DNA of 64,000 nucleotides from Eledone cirrhosa (GCA_964016885.1 OZ024744.1:76446001-76510000); one strand, 5' to 3'; counted from the stretch's first letter, positions 33,563 through 48,644 are shown. Notes: generated by a model from the sequence alone, not told the origin. Numbers and translations are program-made.

Positions 33563-35977
33563 AACTCACGCCTATTTTACCCGTTCCATAAGATTAATGA
33601 AAACCTAAACTACGTTAGCTTTTACTCTAACCACCCTAAAAATGTTAAAAAAGCTATAGTTAATAGTGTCAAGCAAAGAATATCTAGACTCTCGGCTAAT
33701 AAAAATATATTTGGAAACAAAGCACAATATTACAATGACGCTCTACACAAAGCTGGATACAATAATAAAATTAAATACATATATAAGAATAGTATACACA
33801 AACCTCCTAAAGTTTATTATAATATTAATAATAAACAAATTAACCAAAATAATAAATCAAATAAAAAACTAAAACTAGAAATATAATTTGGTATTCTCCT
33901 CCGATTTCATTAAGAATAAGACACCTTTAGCACACCAATTCTTTAAGGCTTTGGATAAATGTTTTCCTAAGTCCCATAAGTATCACTACATATTTAACAG
34001 ACATACAGTCAAGCTCTCTTACTCTACTACTATGAATATAGCACAAAATATTAATAGAATTAATAATAGGAATTTAAAATTAAACTCAACCCAAATAAAC
34101 TCAAATAACAATAACAATATAGTTAATAACATTACGTATAATAATAATAGCGAATGCATAAATAATAATACCGTTTCTCTAAACAACAATATTAGAAAAT
34201 GTAATTGCAGAAATAACATATGCCCTTTACAGAATAATTGCCTTGATAGAAATTTAGTATACAAATGCACCATAAAAACTAGATATAGATTATATAATTA
34301 TATAGGAGTTACTTCTACAAAATTTAAGGAGCGCTGGTATAATCATAAACATACTTTCAAACGATCGGACAAAAATTTCTCAACCTCACTATCACAATTA
34401 TTTTGGTCTTTAAAAGACTGTAACACTGACTATTCGGTCACTTGGCGAAGGATATCGAAAGCGCCAGTTTACCAAAATATGGCTCTCACAAGAATTTGTC
34501 ATCTCTGTATTGAAGAAATATTTCATATAATTACCAATCCTGGTAATATTATTAACAAAAAAAAAGGAAATATTTAATTTTTGTTTGCATCGATTCTCCA
34601 GAACATTTCATAATATTTACAATTTATAGAAAATACTACACATGGTCTGTATAAGTTGACTATGTACAATATATATTTTTGGTTGTCTTTAAAAGCTCTT
34701 AAATTTATACATAGAAATATTTACTATTATCAAATTTATACATAGAAATACTTATTGTTATCAATAAATATTCATCTTTTTATTATTATCTAGACCATAT
34801 TTACTATATGGTGCTCTGAAATCATATAGAAATTTTTATTTATATTATAATATAAATTATAATTAATTATTAGGTTCAACATTAGATCAAACAATATGTC
34901 TTTAAATAATTTGCATTCCTTAAATTACTAAATACTAGAGTTATCTTTCCCTTAATAAAAGTTTGTTTACAATTCACATATACGAGACATTCAAATTGTA
35001 CATAAATGTTTAAATTTATATATCTAACCTTATACAATAATAGATTATACATAATATTATACATGTTCTCTTAAAAATTATAATTATTTTCACATTCTTA
35101 AGGTATATATAGAAAATGCATATATATCATCGCTCATCATATCTTACGCTCTTTCATAATTATATATACTTAAATAAGATTTATATTCATGCATAACTAT
35201 GGACTAAATAATTTTTGGACTAAATAATTTTTATGGACTAAATCATTTTTTTTAATAACGATATACAATAATATTTTATACTACAATACTTATAATATTT
35301 ATAACTACACTCATCATAATATTAAAATATATGCGTAAAATATATCGAATCGTATATATAAATACAGGGTATCTTTCACATATTATATTGCTTTAATAAA
35401 TTAATAGTTCTCAATTTAATTCATTAATTTACAATTCTATAAATATTATAAATACTTCCATATTCTTAAAATATATTATAAAATTAAATAAATAAATATA
35501 ATTATTTCATTCTTTCTATACCCATGTAAATAGGTTTGGGTGTATATATATGCATATTTCTATAAATAAACCTAAATCAACTTTAAAGTTTTCTTTTCAA
35601 ATTTAATAGCAAACCCTTTTTAAAAAATAATTTAGATAAATATTTAAAATCTATCTAGCGTCTAAACTTAACGGTCCTTTTCAATTTTAACGTTATCCTC
35701 ATTAGTATATTCCCCCCGAGTTTTGAAAGATTATATTCACTATCCTCACTGAACTTATAACATGTAGTTCACATGAAGATATGTCACTATCTTTACACCA
35801 ATTATGGTATTTTATCTGACGAAAGCGTACTAAAATAAATATGGTTTGATAAAGATATTTTCCATTTATTAATAATATTGATATTAATTATACTCCGTTA
35901 AATTACCGTTGAGTGCTACTAAACTGTTATGAATTAACTTTGTTGAATAATCGACAAACCAAATAACTCATTGTTTA
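33563..35977 (+). mobile_element. 5'-truncated Naiad-like Penelope element (AT-rich)
   Basis: SNHP, IFNRHTVKLSYS, CNCR..CPL..C, LVYKC..YIGVT..FKERWYNH, CHLCIEE..I and CLH motifs; pLTR tail related to 13000-13260. Confidence 0.88.
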
Positions 35978-35990
35978 TATATATATAAAC

Positions 35991-38900
35991 AATGGCTATC
36001 ATCGAAATATATATAGCAGTAAATAAAGGATTATGAGTTCATGCAATTGACTTATGTTTCGTCACTATTATAACTCCGGAACTTATATCTTCGTTGAGTG
36101 CTCCCTATCCGCATGCTGAAGTACTGGATTTTACCAACACTTACTTTCTTGCTTACCCATGCTCCATACCCTGTTGAGCGCTTAATACAGTAGCGGACCG
36201 CAGCCAATATGAATAAACTCACCACTCTGGCATCACTGAAGGACATCCCATTACCTGATAGGAGAGAATACACCAGGAATCTCTCTAGGAGTACTGACTC
36301 CCTAATACGCAGGATGAGGTGGAGCGCTTACAACTTTGATAGATGAAACCCCAATATTAATAACCAAAAAACCATGGAGTGCCTCTACAGATCAAGAGGA
36401 CCCCCCCACCGCCCACACACGCACAACAGATTATTGGAAGAGTTCTAGAACGAAATGATTGGCATCATTTCCAACATCAAATTTTCCGACCAACCACACC
36501 GGGGTCGAGAGTACCTTAGACGACTGGAAAAGGGAATTACCGAGCTTAAGGAATCTACAGGAATACTCGTCCATGCCGACAAAACCAACAACCTTTACAG
36601 CATGGACGTTCAACTTTACCATGAGCTAATCCTCAGGGAATTGAGTAAAAGCTACAAAAAACGCCCGAGGCTACCCTGGAGGATATCAAGGCTTATGAGA
36701 TCGTATCTGGTCTTGGTATAGATGATAGGACGGCCCCATACTAACCAGGGGAGCCGAGGATTAACAAACCAAACTTCGAGTCTAACCTACCGGTCAGACT
36801 GATAGCCCCCTCCCGGTCAGACATGGGGGTTATTAGCAAAAGCATTTTAGGATCCTGCCCACACTTAAGAGTAAAATAAGGTTACAACTCTGGTCCTGCA
36901 CCAGCCAGGTGCTGGACTGGTTTACATTTTTACCTGACAAACATAGGACTAGCTTCATACAACTAGACATCAAAAATTACTACTCCTCTATATCGCCCAT
37001 AGTCCTGAACAAGGCACTCATATTCGCGATGAATAGGACAGACCTAACACGCGACGAGGTCTGAATCATACACGCCGCCAGAAAGACCCTGATCCGATTC
37101 GGTGGGGACATATGGACCCGGAGCGACTGGCCAAATAATTTTGACATTACAATGGGCTCCAGTGACACAGCGCAGCTAACGGACTTGGTTGGGATATACA
37201 TACTCTACTAGATCAGGAGAGAAATACCCAACCTGGGTGGCGGGCTGTACCTAGACGACGTACTCTTCACCGTAGTGGACCACAGCACCACAATGGTCGA
37301 AAATATGAAGAGGAGGATTAGGCACTTCTTTAGCAAGGTAGGACTTAAAGTAGAGATGGAACCCAATAGAAAAGTAGTGAATTTCCTGGATACCAGCCTC
37401 AACCTCAACACCAAGCTACACCAACCATATCATAAACCCAATGAGAAGCTGGTGTATATCAACGCTGGGTCCCATCACCCTAGATCTATAGTTAAGGCTG
37501 TAGCTAAAGTGTCTCTGACAGGATCTCTAACTTGTCGGCCAATAAAGAGATCTTCAATAGTAACGCTGATTACTATAACTCAGCGCTAGCCAAGGCGTCC
37601 CACAGCCATAGGATCAGCTACAACCCTAAGGGACATGATCGAGATCACCCAAGGGTACCCCGGACCAATACCCTCAGGGGCATGAATCTCCCACCTAATA
37701 TCTCGCTGACCAGTAGTAACATTCCCAGACCCCTATCCGTCACCACCCCCGGTAGAAGGTCCCACATACCCCACCGGTCTAATACCTACAACACTGAAGA
37801 CCACTGTACTGCGGAGCATAGGCACCCCTGCACCGGCCCCACCACCCGCCGAACCCTAATTGAGCAGGGAGACGGCACCTCGCAGGTTTATAGCCCCACG
37901 TTGGGCCCATATAACCCTCATGATAGTGACCGCTCCGCACACCTGAATGACACCAACCGAGCTCGACCTGAGCTGTGAACAACCACGCGATGGACCACGG
38001 CGGACACCCAACAAACCGGCAAGAATAGGACCAGGAAGGTCACATGGTACTCGGTGGGTCTACGTACCAGCCTGGCTAGAACATTCTTTAGAGTAGTGGA
38101 TAAATGTTTCCCTAGGGCCCACAAGTACTATAAACTATTCAACAGGCACACGGTGAAACTTTCCTACTCAACCACACGCTCCGTAACCCAGCACATAGCT
38201 GGCATAAATAGGAATAGGCACACTGCCTCTAATACCACCGTAAACTCCGGAGCCACCCATCAGAACCAGCACGCGGGACGCACCGGAACCCGGACAGGCC
38301 CAAGTAGCACACCGGAACCCAACGACCCTGTTCTGATTGCGGAGGCTACCCAGCCAACCCCGAGTGATGGTAACCACGCGGTACATGTGGTGGGGCTTAA
38401 GAAGTCATGTAATTGCAGAGACCCATCACTATGCCCCCTTTATAATGAATGCATGACGAAAAACGTAGTCTACAGGTGCAAGGTCACAACCCCTAACTCG
38501 GAGCACAACTACATAGGATCCACAGCAACGAGCTTCAAAGATCGGTGGTATAACCATCGCCATTCCTTTAACAGAATAGATAAGAGGAAATGTACGGCCC
38601 TTTCTGAATTGATCTGGAAGCTCAAACTTGAAAAGACCCCGCACTCTCTGGTCTGGTCCGTGGTTAGAAAGGTTCCCCCAGACAGAGGCGGGTCTTGTAT
38701 TTGCAACTTCTGTCTCAGTGAGATACTCGAGATTCTTCATGGCGGAACCAAGCTATTAAACAGAAGGGCCGGCTTATTCGGTGTCTGCAGACACCTAAGG
38801 ACGGGAACTTTCCTCAAGCTATATGGATAAACCCCGGTTAAGGCCTCCCACAACGCCCCCCCCCCCTGTAGGTCCCCTACACCCTGTACCAATGACCAAT

Positions 38901-39074
38901 GGACAACAACAATCACCCATAGTTTGTGGTCCCTATGGTGGATGGTCCACCGGATCCTCTACTGGTTAGGAGTCATCAAAACCACGTTTTATTGAACCTG
39001 ATTTTATATATATATATCTATATATATATTATATGTATATATATATATATATATTTTATGTGTGTATATATGTG

Positions 39075-39144
<70 letters not shown>

Positions 39145-40406
39145 ATATCTTATATATGTATATATATATGTATTTTATATATATATATATTTTACACATA
39201 TGTATATTTTATATATATATATGTATGTTATGTATATATATGTATACTTGTGCGTACATATATATATATATACATACACCTGTATGGATTTGTGTGTGTA
39301 GATGTGTGTGTGTTTGAGGGGGTAGGTGTGAGTGTATGTACAAGTCAACCGACATAAGCCTTTTATTTCTAAATTTTTTAAACTATCGAAGTATTGGACA
39401 CTAACCATTATATTAAGTATTACCACCCCACATTAATTCCTCAATTTGTATGTGTGGATGTGTGTGTGTGTGTGTATATCTTATATATGTATATATATAT
39501 GTATTTTATATATATATGTATGTATATTTTATGTGTGTATATATTTTATATACGTATATATTTTATATATATATGTATTTTATATATATATATATTTTAC
39601 ACATATGTATATTTTATATATATATATGTATGTTATGTATATATATGTATACTTGTGCGTACATATATATATATATACATACACCTGTATGGATTTGTGT
39701 GTGTAGATGTGTGTGTGTTTGAGGGGGTAGGTGTGAGTGTATGTACAAGTCAACCGACATAAGCCTTTTATTTCTAAATTTTTTAAACTATCGAAGTATT
39801 GGACTCTAACCATTATATTAAGTATTACCACCCCACATTAATTCCTCAATTTGTATGTGTGGATGTATGTGTGTGTGAGTGTGAGGAGCTGGGTGTGAGT
39901 GTACGTGCAAGCCAACCTACATAAGTCTTTTTATTTGTAAATGTTCTACTCTAACCATAATTTTCAGTAGCACCACTCCACATAAATTCCTCAATTTAAG
40001 ATTGACCTGTAGTATCTATTTCATACTATTAACCTTAATTGAATATATATCTGACCAGGAATGCTTTTTGTGAAAATCAGTCATATGGAACTATTGTCAT
40101 CTTGCCTGACGGTTTGAACTTTACAACACCACCTGTCTCTTTGACGTCAAATACCAACCCTACAAGCATCTACAAACTGACCAATGAGAATTAAGACTGT
40201 TCCTGCTAACAACATTAAATTATTCCTAACAAGCTCATATGTCCCAAGGTTCTGATACCATCAACACTATAAACACAGAGCTGGCATATCTAAGAACTGA
40301 CTAACTGCCTAATGAGGTCATAGCCATTCAATGGGTATCATCGAAATATATATAGCAGTAAATAAAGGATTATGAGTTCATGCAATTGACTTATGTTTCG
40401 TTACTA
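35991..40406 (+). mobile_element. Near full-length Naiad-like Penelope element with partial 5' pLTR and ~405-bp internal 3'UTR duplication
   Basis: IRRMRW, HADKT, LDIKNYYSSI, FDITMGS, GGLYLDD and GIY-YIG ORF 38054..38830 ending CRH; 35991-36068 repeats 40331-40406; HHR-like ctgc-CTAATGA..GAAA..gcag near 40305-40358. Confidence 0.92.
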
Positions 40407-40419
40407 TATATATATATAT

Positions 40420-40606
40420 AATTGTTTCTACTATTGGCACATGGCCAGCAATATCCCAAGTGCCTGATACTTTGTTTTATCGACCCCATAAGGATGAAAG
40501 GCAAAGTTAACCTCAGCGTGATTTGAACTCAGATCATAAAGGGACGTAACTCTATGCTGCAAAGCATGGCTTCCGACTCTTAACGATACTGCTAATCTAC
40601 CGCCCT
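40420..40606 (-). mobile_element. tRNA-SINE
   Basis: Same family as 27496-27690. Confidence 0.85.
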
Positions 40607-40711
40607 CGTAAATTAGTGTAGGTTCTGGCCGGGATTGAACCCTAGACCAGGTTCTCCACCGTCTCTCACTCATGCCTCCCACTAGGTCACAGATACATAC
40701 ACACACACATA

Positions 40712-40740
<29 letters not shown>

Positions 40741-40746
<6 letters not shown>

Positions 40747-43192
40747 ATATTTGGGGAGGGTCATATTTGCGTAATATTGCCAGAATTAATAACAGAACAC
40801 ACTCACTGTTTGGTTGGTTTCCGCTTCTCGCTGTCTTTTATATATATATATCTGCGATCTAACTTACTCGGTCCTCAATGTTGCCATTGACTGACCGGCG
40901 GTCAAAAATAATACAGATACAATATAGACAAACACATATATATATAGTTTACATAAATCTTTCGTTGCACATCTGCATGATTTTGCTGTGAAAAGATGTG
41001 TGGAGATGATCATTGAGAGTGAGGTGGAGTTCTGCGACGTCGACACAGACGAACTAGGCCTCCTACTTAGACTTACCTACGACACTGACTACCTAGACAG
41101 CCATGACCTTAGATGTTTCTGCCCTAGTAGACCTATAAGAGGTAGACCCCCCACCATAACCTGAATGGCTAAAAAGACTCCCATAGGAAGGTGGATTGGG
41201 TGGACCAAAGCTATACGGACCCCCCAAAACACTGATCAGGTAAGAAAAATGGTCGCACATGCAATAGGGGCTAGTATCAAAACTACCCTAAAGGGCCACA
41301 TATTTAAGTTCAATGAGAAAATCTACACCCAAAATGAGGGAGCAGCCATCGGCGTCAGCATAGCTGGCGATGTTGCCAACCTTTTCATGGTATGGTGGGA
41401 AAGGAGACTTAAAGATCTCCTTAATGAAAGCTCCATAGACCTCATCATGTACTCTCGTTATGTAGACGATATCAATATAGTTATAAGAACACCCCCACTA
41501 GAGAGCACTAACAAGTTTGATTTAGAACGTAGCACGATGGAAAGCATCCAGCAGATAGCTAATTCCATACACCAGAGTATAACTGTAACTATAGACTTCC
41601 CTCCAAACACCCTAACAATAGACTACCTGTATTAGACACAGAACTCTGGATTAACACTATAGACGAGAGAGCCCAAATTCTCCACTCACACTATGCTAAA
41701 CCCATGGCCTCCAAATACCTGATACTCAAAAACTCAGCAATGTCCAGTAGTGCTAAGTTTAATATTCTGATCGCAGATTTGGTACGAGTGATGAAGAATG
41801 TGTCCAGCATGTGCGATCCAACAGAAATGGAAGGACACATCCAACACTTCATCAACCGCATGCAGTTCTCTGGCTACAACCAAAGAGACAGAGTCAGAGT
41901 ATACGAAGGAGCCATGGAAAAGTATAAGACCCTCATAGAACTGGACATGAAAGGAATTTGCCCACTATACAGGAGCAAATCATGGAATAGCTTAGATAGG
42001 GCTAGACATAAGATAGGGAAGGCCACATCATGGTACGACAACCAGAGATATCAGAGTGTCATGTTTGTGGACGCCACCCCTGGAGGGAAATTAGCTAACC
42101 AGTGTAGAAAGGCCCTGAGAAAGACCCACTTAAAAATAAAGGTGGTAGAAAAGCCAGGAACCACCATAAAATCCCTGATCAGCAAAACCTACCCTTTTAA
42201 GAAAACCCACTGTACCAATAGGAAATGTATCATATGTAAGGTGAACCCCCGGATAAACTGTAAAACTAGAAACGTAGTCTATAGCATAAGATGTACAGAG
42301 GGTACTTGCAGAAACACGACAACAACATACATAGGTGAGACAGCTCGTAGCATAGGTGAAAGGATAGACCAACACTGGGGGGAACTAAAAGGACGAAAAA
42401 ACGGGTCAGTACTATACGAACATGCTAGACAACATCATGACGGTAACATAGACAACATAGAAATTAGAATAATATCTAAACATAGGAATGACCCAGCAGA
42501 TAGGCAAATCAGAGAGGCCAGTGAAATAGAAATTAGAAGACCAAAGCTAAACAGAAAGAATGAGTGGAACAACAACAACACCCAAACAAACAACACTGAC
42601 CTAAGAGAAGTATAAATAAATAAGTAAATTAAATTAAATAAAATAAGATAAATAAATACATACACAAGCACATAAACACACACTAGTCACCCAGCAGACA
42701 CAACACGATACACACTAGTCACACATCACACATAACACTATACACACACGCAAACGCATGCGCAAAGAAGACAAAATAAAATAAGATAAACAAACAAGCA
42801 AATAAATAAATAAATATATAGACAGACTGAACAAAAAAAAAATGGCGTAGACATACAACACAACAGGAGGAACAATGAATATAACACCACTGACGATGTT
42901 GCAGATGTGCAACGAAAGATTTATGTAAACTATATATATATGTGTTTGTCTATATTGTATCTGTATTATTTTTGACCGCCGGTCAGTCAATGGCAACATT
43001 GAGGACCGAGTAAGTTAGATCGCAGATATATATATATAAAAGACAGCGAGAAGCGAAAACCAACCAAACAGTGAGTGTGTTCTGTTATTAATTCTGGCAA
43101 TATTACGCAAATATGACCCTCCCCAAATATAACAATATCTGTTTCGACACACGATTTCATATAAAAAACCTCGCAAAACTAATTCATCGCCG

Positions 43193-43193
<1 letters not shown>
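40741..43193 (+). mobile_element. 5'-truncated Penelope-like element with ~237-bp inverted pLTR at the 5' end
   Basis: ORFs 41165..41635 (YVDD) and 41704..42615 (GIY-YIG); 40741-40977 is the reverse complement of 42900-43136; HHR core CTGACGA..GAAA at 42890-42917. Confidence 0.93.
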
Positions 43194-43260
<67 letters not shown>

Positions 43261-43262
<2 letters not shown>

Positions 43263-44365
43263 TCAAACTGAACGGGTACACGACATCCACCACAAACCGT
43301 GCCAGAAAGAACAGAGGACACCACACCCGAGGCACTAACACTTGCTTCCTGAAGCTCCCACACTTCAGTGAAGAAACAACAACAGCCATCCGCAGAGCCA
43401 TCAGGCGAGAAGGTCTGGATATTCAACTGGCCCATTCGGGTCCTTCTTTGCGTGGACGGCTAGCTAAGAGACACTCCACCAGACATGACAACTGCTGCAG
43501 ACTAGCCAACTGCCCCATCAACGACACAGACCTATGCCACCAGGCTTACGTAGTTTACAGACTAGAGTGTGACAAATGCAACAACTTCTACGTAGGTAGC
43601 ACCACCAGACCACTCCACATAAGAATAAAAGAACACCTCAATACTAACGCTTCCTCATTTAAGAAACACCTAGTTAAATGCAAAAACACTGATAAAAACA
43701 TAACAGTTAGGATAGAAACTAAGGAAAGAAACCTCGGCAATCTTAGAATCAAGGAAGCACTCATTATAGATAGAACACATCCACCAATCAATAATAGACT
43801 AGAGCTCAACACCCAATTTATAACCTGATAGGGCCTCTAGCCCCACTTTACACACCCCACACACACGCACGCGCACACCTCCACTTATTCTCTCTCACAC
43901 ATACACACACAAAACCAGTTCTAACACCAGATAACACCTACCCCCCACTTTTACGATTAGACCTATCTTCCCACACTCACACACACACACCCACATACCT
44001 ACACCTTCATGCTTTCTCCCACACACATATACAGGCACGCATATAAAATTTAAAAAAACACAACAAAAACATAAACAAACCCCTCTTAAAGGGAGACTAC
44101 TCTTTACCCACCTAATTTTAATTCTTTGATATTAAAGTTAGAACTCTATACTATTTCCGGTCAGCATGGCTTCATTGGAAATTTAGACGCTGGTCTGAGA
44201 CTTTTACTTCCCTCCGAAGAAGAGATATTATCTCGAAAATTAAGGACATTTAAATAAATTCAAGGTGAAAGACGAATTCTCATCAATATCTTTCACTATT
44301 GCATTCTTTTTTTTTTCTATGTCCATATCTGCATTGTCTTGGCCTTATTACACATATTCTAACGT
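43261..44365 (+). mobile_element. 3' fragment of another Penelope-like family (GIY-YIG + pLTR)
   Basis: VVYRLECDKC..YVGSTTRPLHIRIKEH; HHR-like cct-CCGAAGA-a-gagata-t-tatctc-GAAA-atta-agg at 44211-44245. Confidence 0.88.
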
Positions 44366-44366
44366 T

Positions 44367-44455
<89 letters not shown>

Positions 44456-44464
<9 letters not shown>

Positions 44465-44928
44465 AAAGGTAACACACGAAAGAGATACAGTGCGCTATCA
44501 ATAAAACAGGGAAAAACCACCAGTGTATGGAATCTACGTGTAGCTGGACAGTCACTTTAAAATTCTCTTAGTGTTGTCTGAAATGTATAGACTTACACAC
44601 GCTGAAGAATCGAGGTTATTCCATTTCTGTCAACAACTTACTGGCGAAATAGATCTCTTTGGATTTGTACGTGTGTTGTATAGTTATAGAGGTATTTATT
44701 TACGCTTTAATTTATATTTTTAATTATCGTGTCTATAGTCTGCCTTTCATAGGTTATAGATTCCATACACTGGTAGTTTTTCCCTGTTTTATTGATAGCG
44801 CACTGTATCTCTCTCTAGTGTGTTACCTTTTCAACATATTGTATTTTAAAGAGCTCAGGATTTCCTCTCCTTTGAGCACATCATTTACAGGGAATAGCGA
44901 GAGTCTATGGCTCAATTAATTTATCGTG

Positions 44929-44930
<2 letters not shown>
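44456..44930 (+). mobile_element. Fold-back pLTR element (arms 44456-44536 / 44757-44839) with HHR at 44595-44676
   Basis: acacacg-CTGAAGA...GAAA-tagatc..gatttGTA-cgtgtgt (7-bp stem I). Confidence 0.8.
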
Positions 44931-45027
<97 letters not shown>

Positions 45028-45041
45028 TATATGTACATATA

Positions 45042-45103
<62 letters not shown>

Positions 45104-45117
45104 TATACGTGTATATA

Positions 45118-45196
<79 letters not shown>

Positions 45197-45217
45197 GTAT
45201 ATATATGTATATATATA

Positions 45218-45296
<79 letters not shown>

Positions 45297-45312
45297 ATAT
45301 ATATATATATAT

Positions 45313-45502
45313 AACGAAGGAAATGTGGTAAGGAACCAGGTGGACCGTAACGCACCAAAGTACTGAATATTTAGGGTAGTAGAGTGGGTAATAGGAACCA
45401 GTAAGACCCCGACGGCTGAGCTCAAGCCGTTTCGACGGCTAATTCTGGATCAGAATTAGCCGTCGAAACGGCTTGAGCTCAGCCGACGGGGTCTTACTGG
45501 TT

Positions 45503-45507
<5 letters not shown>
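45313..45507. mobile_element. Hairpin mini-element, copy 1 (57-bp arms)
   Basis: Arms 45391-45447 / 45451-45507; relatives at 54818, 62860 and 33476. Confidence 0.88.
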
Positions 45508-45586
<79 letters not shown>

Positions 45587-45600
45587 TATATGTACATATA

Positions 45601-45642
<42 letters not shown>

Positions 45643-45648
45643 TATATA

Positions 45649-45742
<94 letters not shown>

Positions 45743-45766
45743 TGTGTATATATATATATATATATG

Positions 45767-47638
45767 GAAAGTTATATTTAAATTGTTGGGTTACAACTAG
45801 TAAATATTTATAACTGATATAAAAGCACTCAACAAGTATTTAGAATTTAATGACCAACTATGGACCAGAGCAGATAGAGATAGCAATTTTGACATTACTA
45901 TCGGATCATCCGACTCAGCTCAGGTAACTGACCTTGTGGGCTTATTTTTAATCAATTCGCTACATAGGAAAATACCTGGTACTACCGGAGGTTTATATAG
46001 AGATGACATGCTTTTACTTATTGATAATAATAACTCTGAACTAAATAGAAAAAGAAAACAAATTACACAATTTTTTAATTACTTTAATCTAAAAATAGAA
46101 ATTGAGAACAACCATAGAATAGTCAATTTCCTAGATATAACATTAAATCTCAACACATGTCTTCACTATCCATTTCACAAGTTGAATGAAAACTTAAACT
46201 ATGTCAGCTTTAACTCTAACCACCCCAGATCTGTCAAAAACACTATAGTAAACTCTGTTCAAAAACGTATCTCTAGAATCTCGTCTAATAGAAAGATTTT
46301 CGACGAAAAAGCCCAATACTACAATGAAGCGTTAGCTAGAGCAGGATATAGTGATAGGATTATGTACATAGATAATGATAGACAAACTAAACAAAATAAC
46401 AACTATTTTAATTACGACCACAATCTTAACAACTATAATAGAAAGCATTACAATAATTCCAAAAGCCAAAAAAGAAATAGAACTAGGAACATAATATGGT
46501 TTGCCCCCCTTTCTCACTAAACATTAAAACCCACATCGCTAAACTATTATTTAAAGCTCTTGATAATCGCTTCCCTAGAACACATAGGTATCACTCAATT
46601 TTCAATAGACATACTATAAAATTAACCTACTCATCCACCAAAAATTTAGCACAAAATATTAATAGAATAAATAATAGGAACTTAAAACCTAGCGATAATA
46701 GCATAAATAATATACAAGTTAACAAATGTAACTGTAGAGATAGATCTAAATGTCCGTTAAATAACAACTGCTTAGTTAAAAATATAATATACAACTGTAA
46801 TGTTAAAACGGACTCTAATTCTTTTAACTACGTCGGTTCCACATCGACGGAATTTAAACTTCGCTATAATAACCACAAGAATTCTTTCACAGATCCAAGC
46901 AAATAAATCTTCAACAGCACTATCAGGCGTACTTTGGCAACTTAGGCAAGATAACGTTAGATATTCGACGGCTTGGAATATAGTCTCAAGAGGGATTCCT
47001 TTTAATTCATCCTCTTAGACATGTGACCTCTGCGCGGAGGAGATATTCTTTATACTAAAATTTAAAAATTCCCTTAATCTACGGACAAATTTATTCAGTT
47101 GCTGCAAACATAGATTGAACTCAACTTTTAAATATAAATTTAAATTTAAAATGTAGTATATTTAGTTTTGTAATTATTTGGGAAACTAGCCGATAAATCT
47201 TTCGATTTCTTCTTTTTATTCTTCTTTTTATTTTTATTTTAATTTTTATTTTAAACATTCTTCATGAAAAATTAAACTACCCTAAAAGTTGATGCTCCAA
47301 ATATATCGAATAAACGTTACACTAGATAAACTTCTATATTAAATATAAGAACATATGTAGACCAAATGGGCATCCTAAACTTTTGAAATGATTTCTGCTA
47401 GACGCGATTTGGTAAATAATTTTTAGCTTTATCTGTTTTCGACTCTAATGCTTATAATGAACTTGACAATATATTGTCAATTAATTTTGAAGGGTTGATC
47501 TTTGTGGTCGATTTGCGTGGCATATTATGTTTTTATTTTTATTATTTTAATATTTTTTAATAATATTTTTTAATATTTTTAATATTTTCATTTTTAATAT
47601 GTAATATTTTTTAGTTTTCTATTTTATTTATTTGTTTA

Positions 47639-47679
<41 letters not shown>

Positions 47680-48644
47680 TTTTGTTTTTGTTTCTGATAT
47701 TTTTATTAATATATTGAAATCTGTTCTCTATTTCTGCTTGATAGATAATCATGTAGAGTAAAGACCAGAATAGTATTGTTAAAATTAATATAGACTCTAT
47801 ATATATGTGTGTATATATACACATATATGTATACTTAAATTTTTATAGCACAATGAGAATGTTCTCCGTGTGAAATAGGGGTTTGCAGAGTTGATCACGT
47901 AAATTCACATCGATGTTTGTAGTTATCATATAAGCATATGAATTTTTAAAACTAGACATAAGATCATTACTTTTCACACATTATAGATACGTGTCTCATT
48001 CAGGAATACTGATATTTACATTATAGTGCCTGGTTTTTATACGAACTAATACTTCTACATTAAAACATAGGGTTTTTGAATTCTGCCTCGCCTATGTCTG
48101 GTTACTTTTCATTTTTCTCTATATATAACGGCTGGTTTATTTCCTAACGACATTACATTAATACTAGAGCTAAATAAATAAATAAATAAATAAATGTATC
48201 ATTGATACGTCGTCCAACTACCTACTTTTCTCTATATATATCTATCTCTATCTATTTCCTCTCTCTATATATCTCTCTCTGTTTCTTTACATGAAGTTCT
48301 TCTCTTTATCTATCTTTCCATCTCTCTATTTTGTTGCATGTATTTTGTTGCATGCATTTCTTCTTTTTCTTTTTTTTTCTTCTTTTTCTTCGTTTTCTTT
48401 CTTTCTTTCTTTCTTTCCTTCTTTCTTTCTTTCTTTCTTTCTGTTTACAATTTTTCACTGCCAAATCAACTTTTTCAAATACAAGTCGATGTTGAACGGT
48501 ATGTCAAATCTATTTATCTATAAAACTGTCTATATTGTATTTTGTCTGAAGAAGGCATAACATATTGTTAATATGATATCCCTGAAATATATATAATGAA
48601 ATAAATATGGTTTTATAAATATAGTTTCCATTTATTTAATATCG

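Noticed and set aside
36230-38830. Selenocysteine recoding as described for some Naiad PLEs
   Set aside because: Conserved Cys positions checked (CNC, CPL, CxxC, CxH) read as Cys; the in-frame TGAs I checked are at non-Cys positions and look like decay.
40741-43136. DNA transposon with long TIRs
   Set aside because: The interior encodes RT and GIY-YIG; the inverted repeat is a pLTR copy and the right end extends beyond it.
44921-45813. Long YIYI / SLSL / HTHT / CVCV ORFs here and elsewhere
   Set aside because: Translations of (TA)n, (CT)n, (CA)n and (GATA)n microsatellites.
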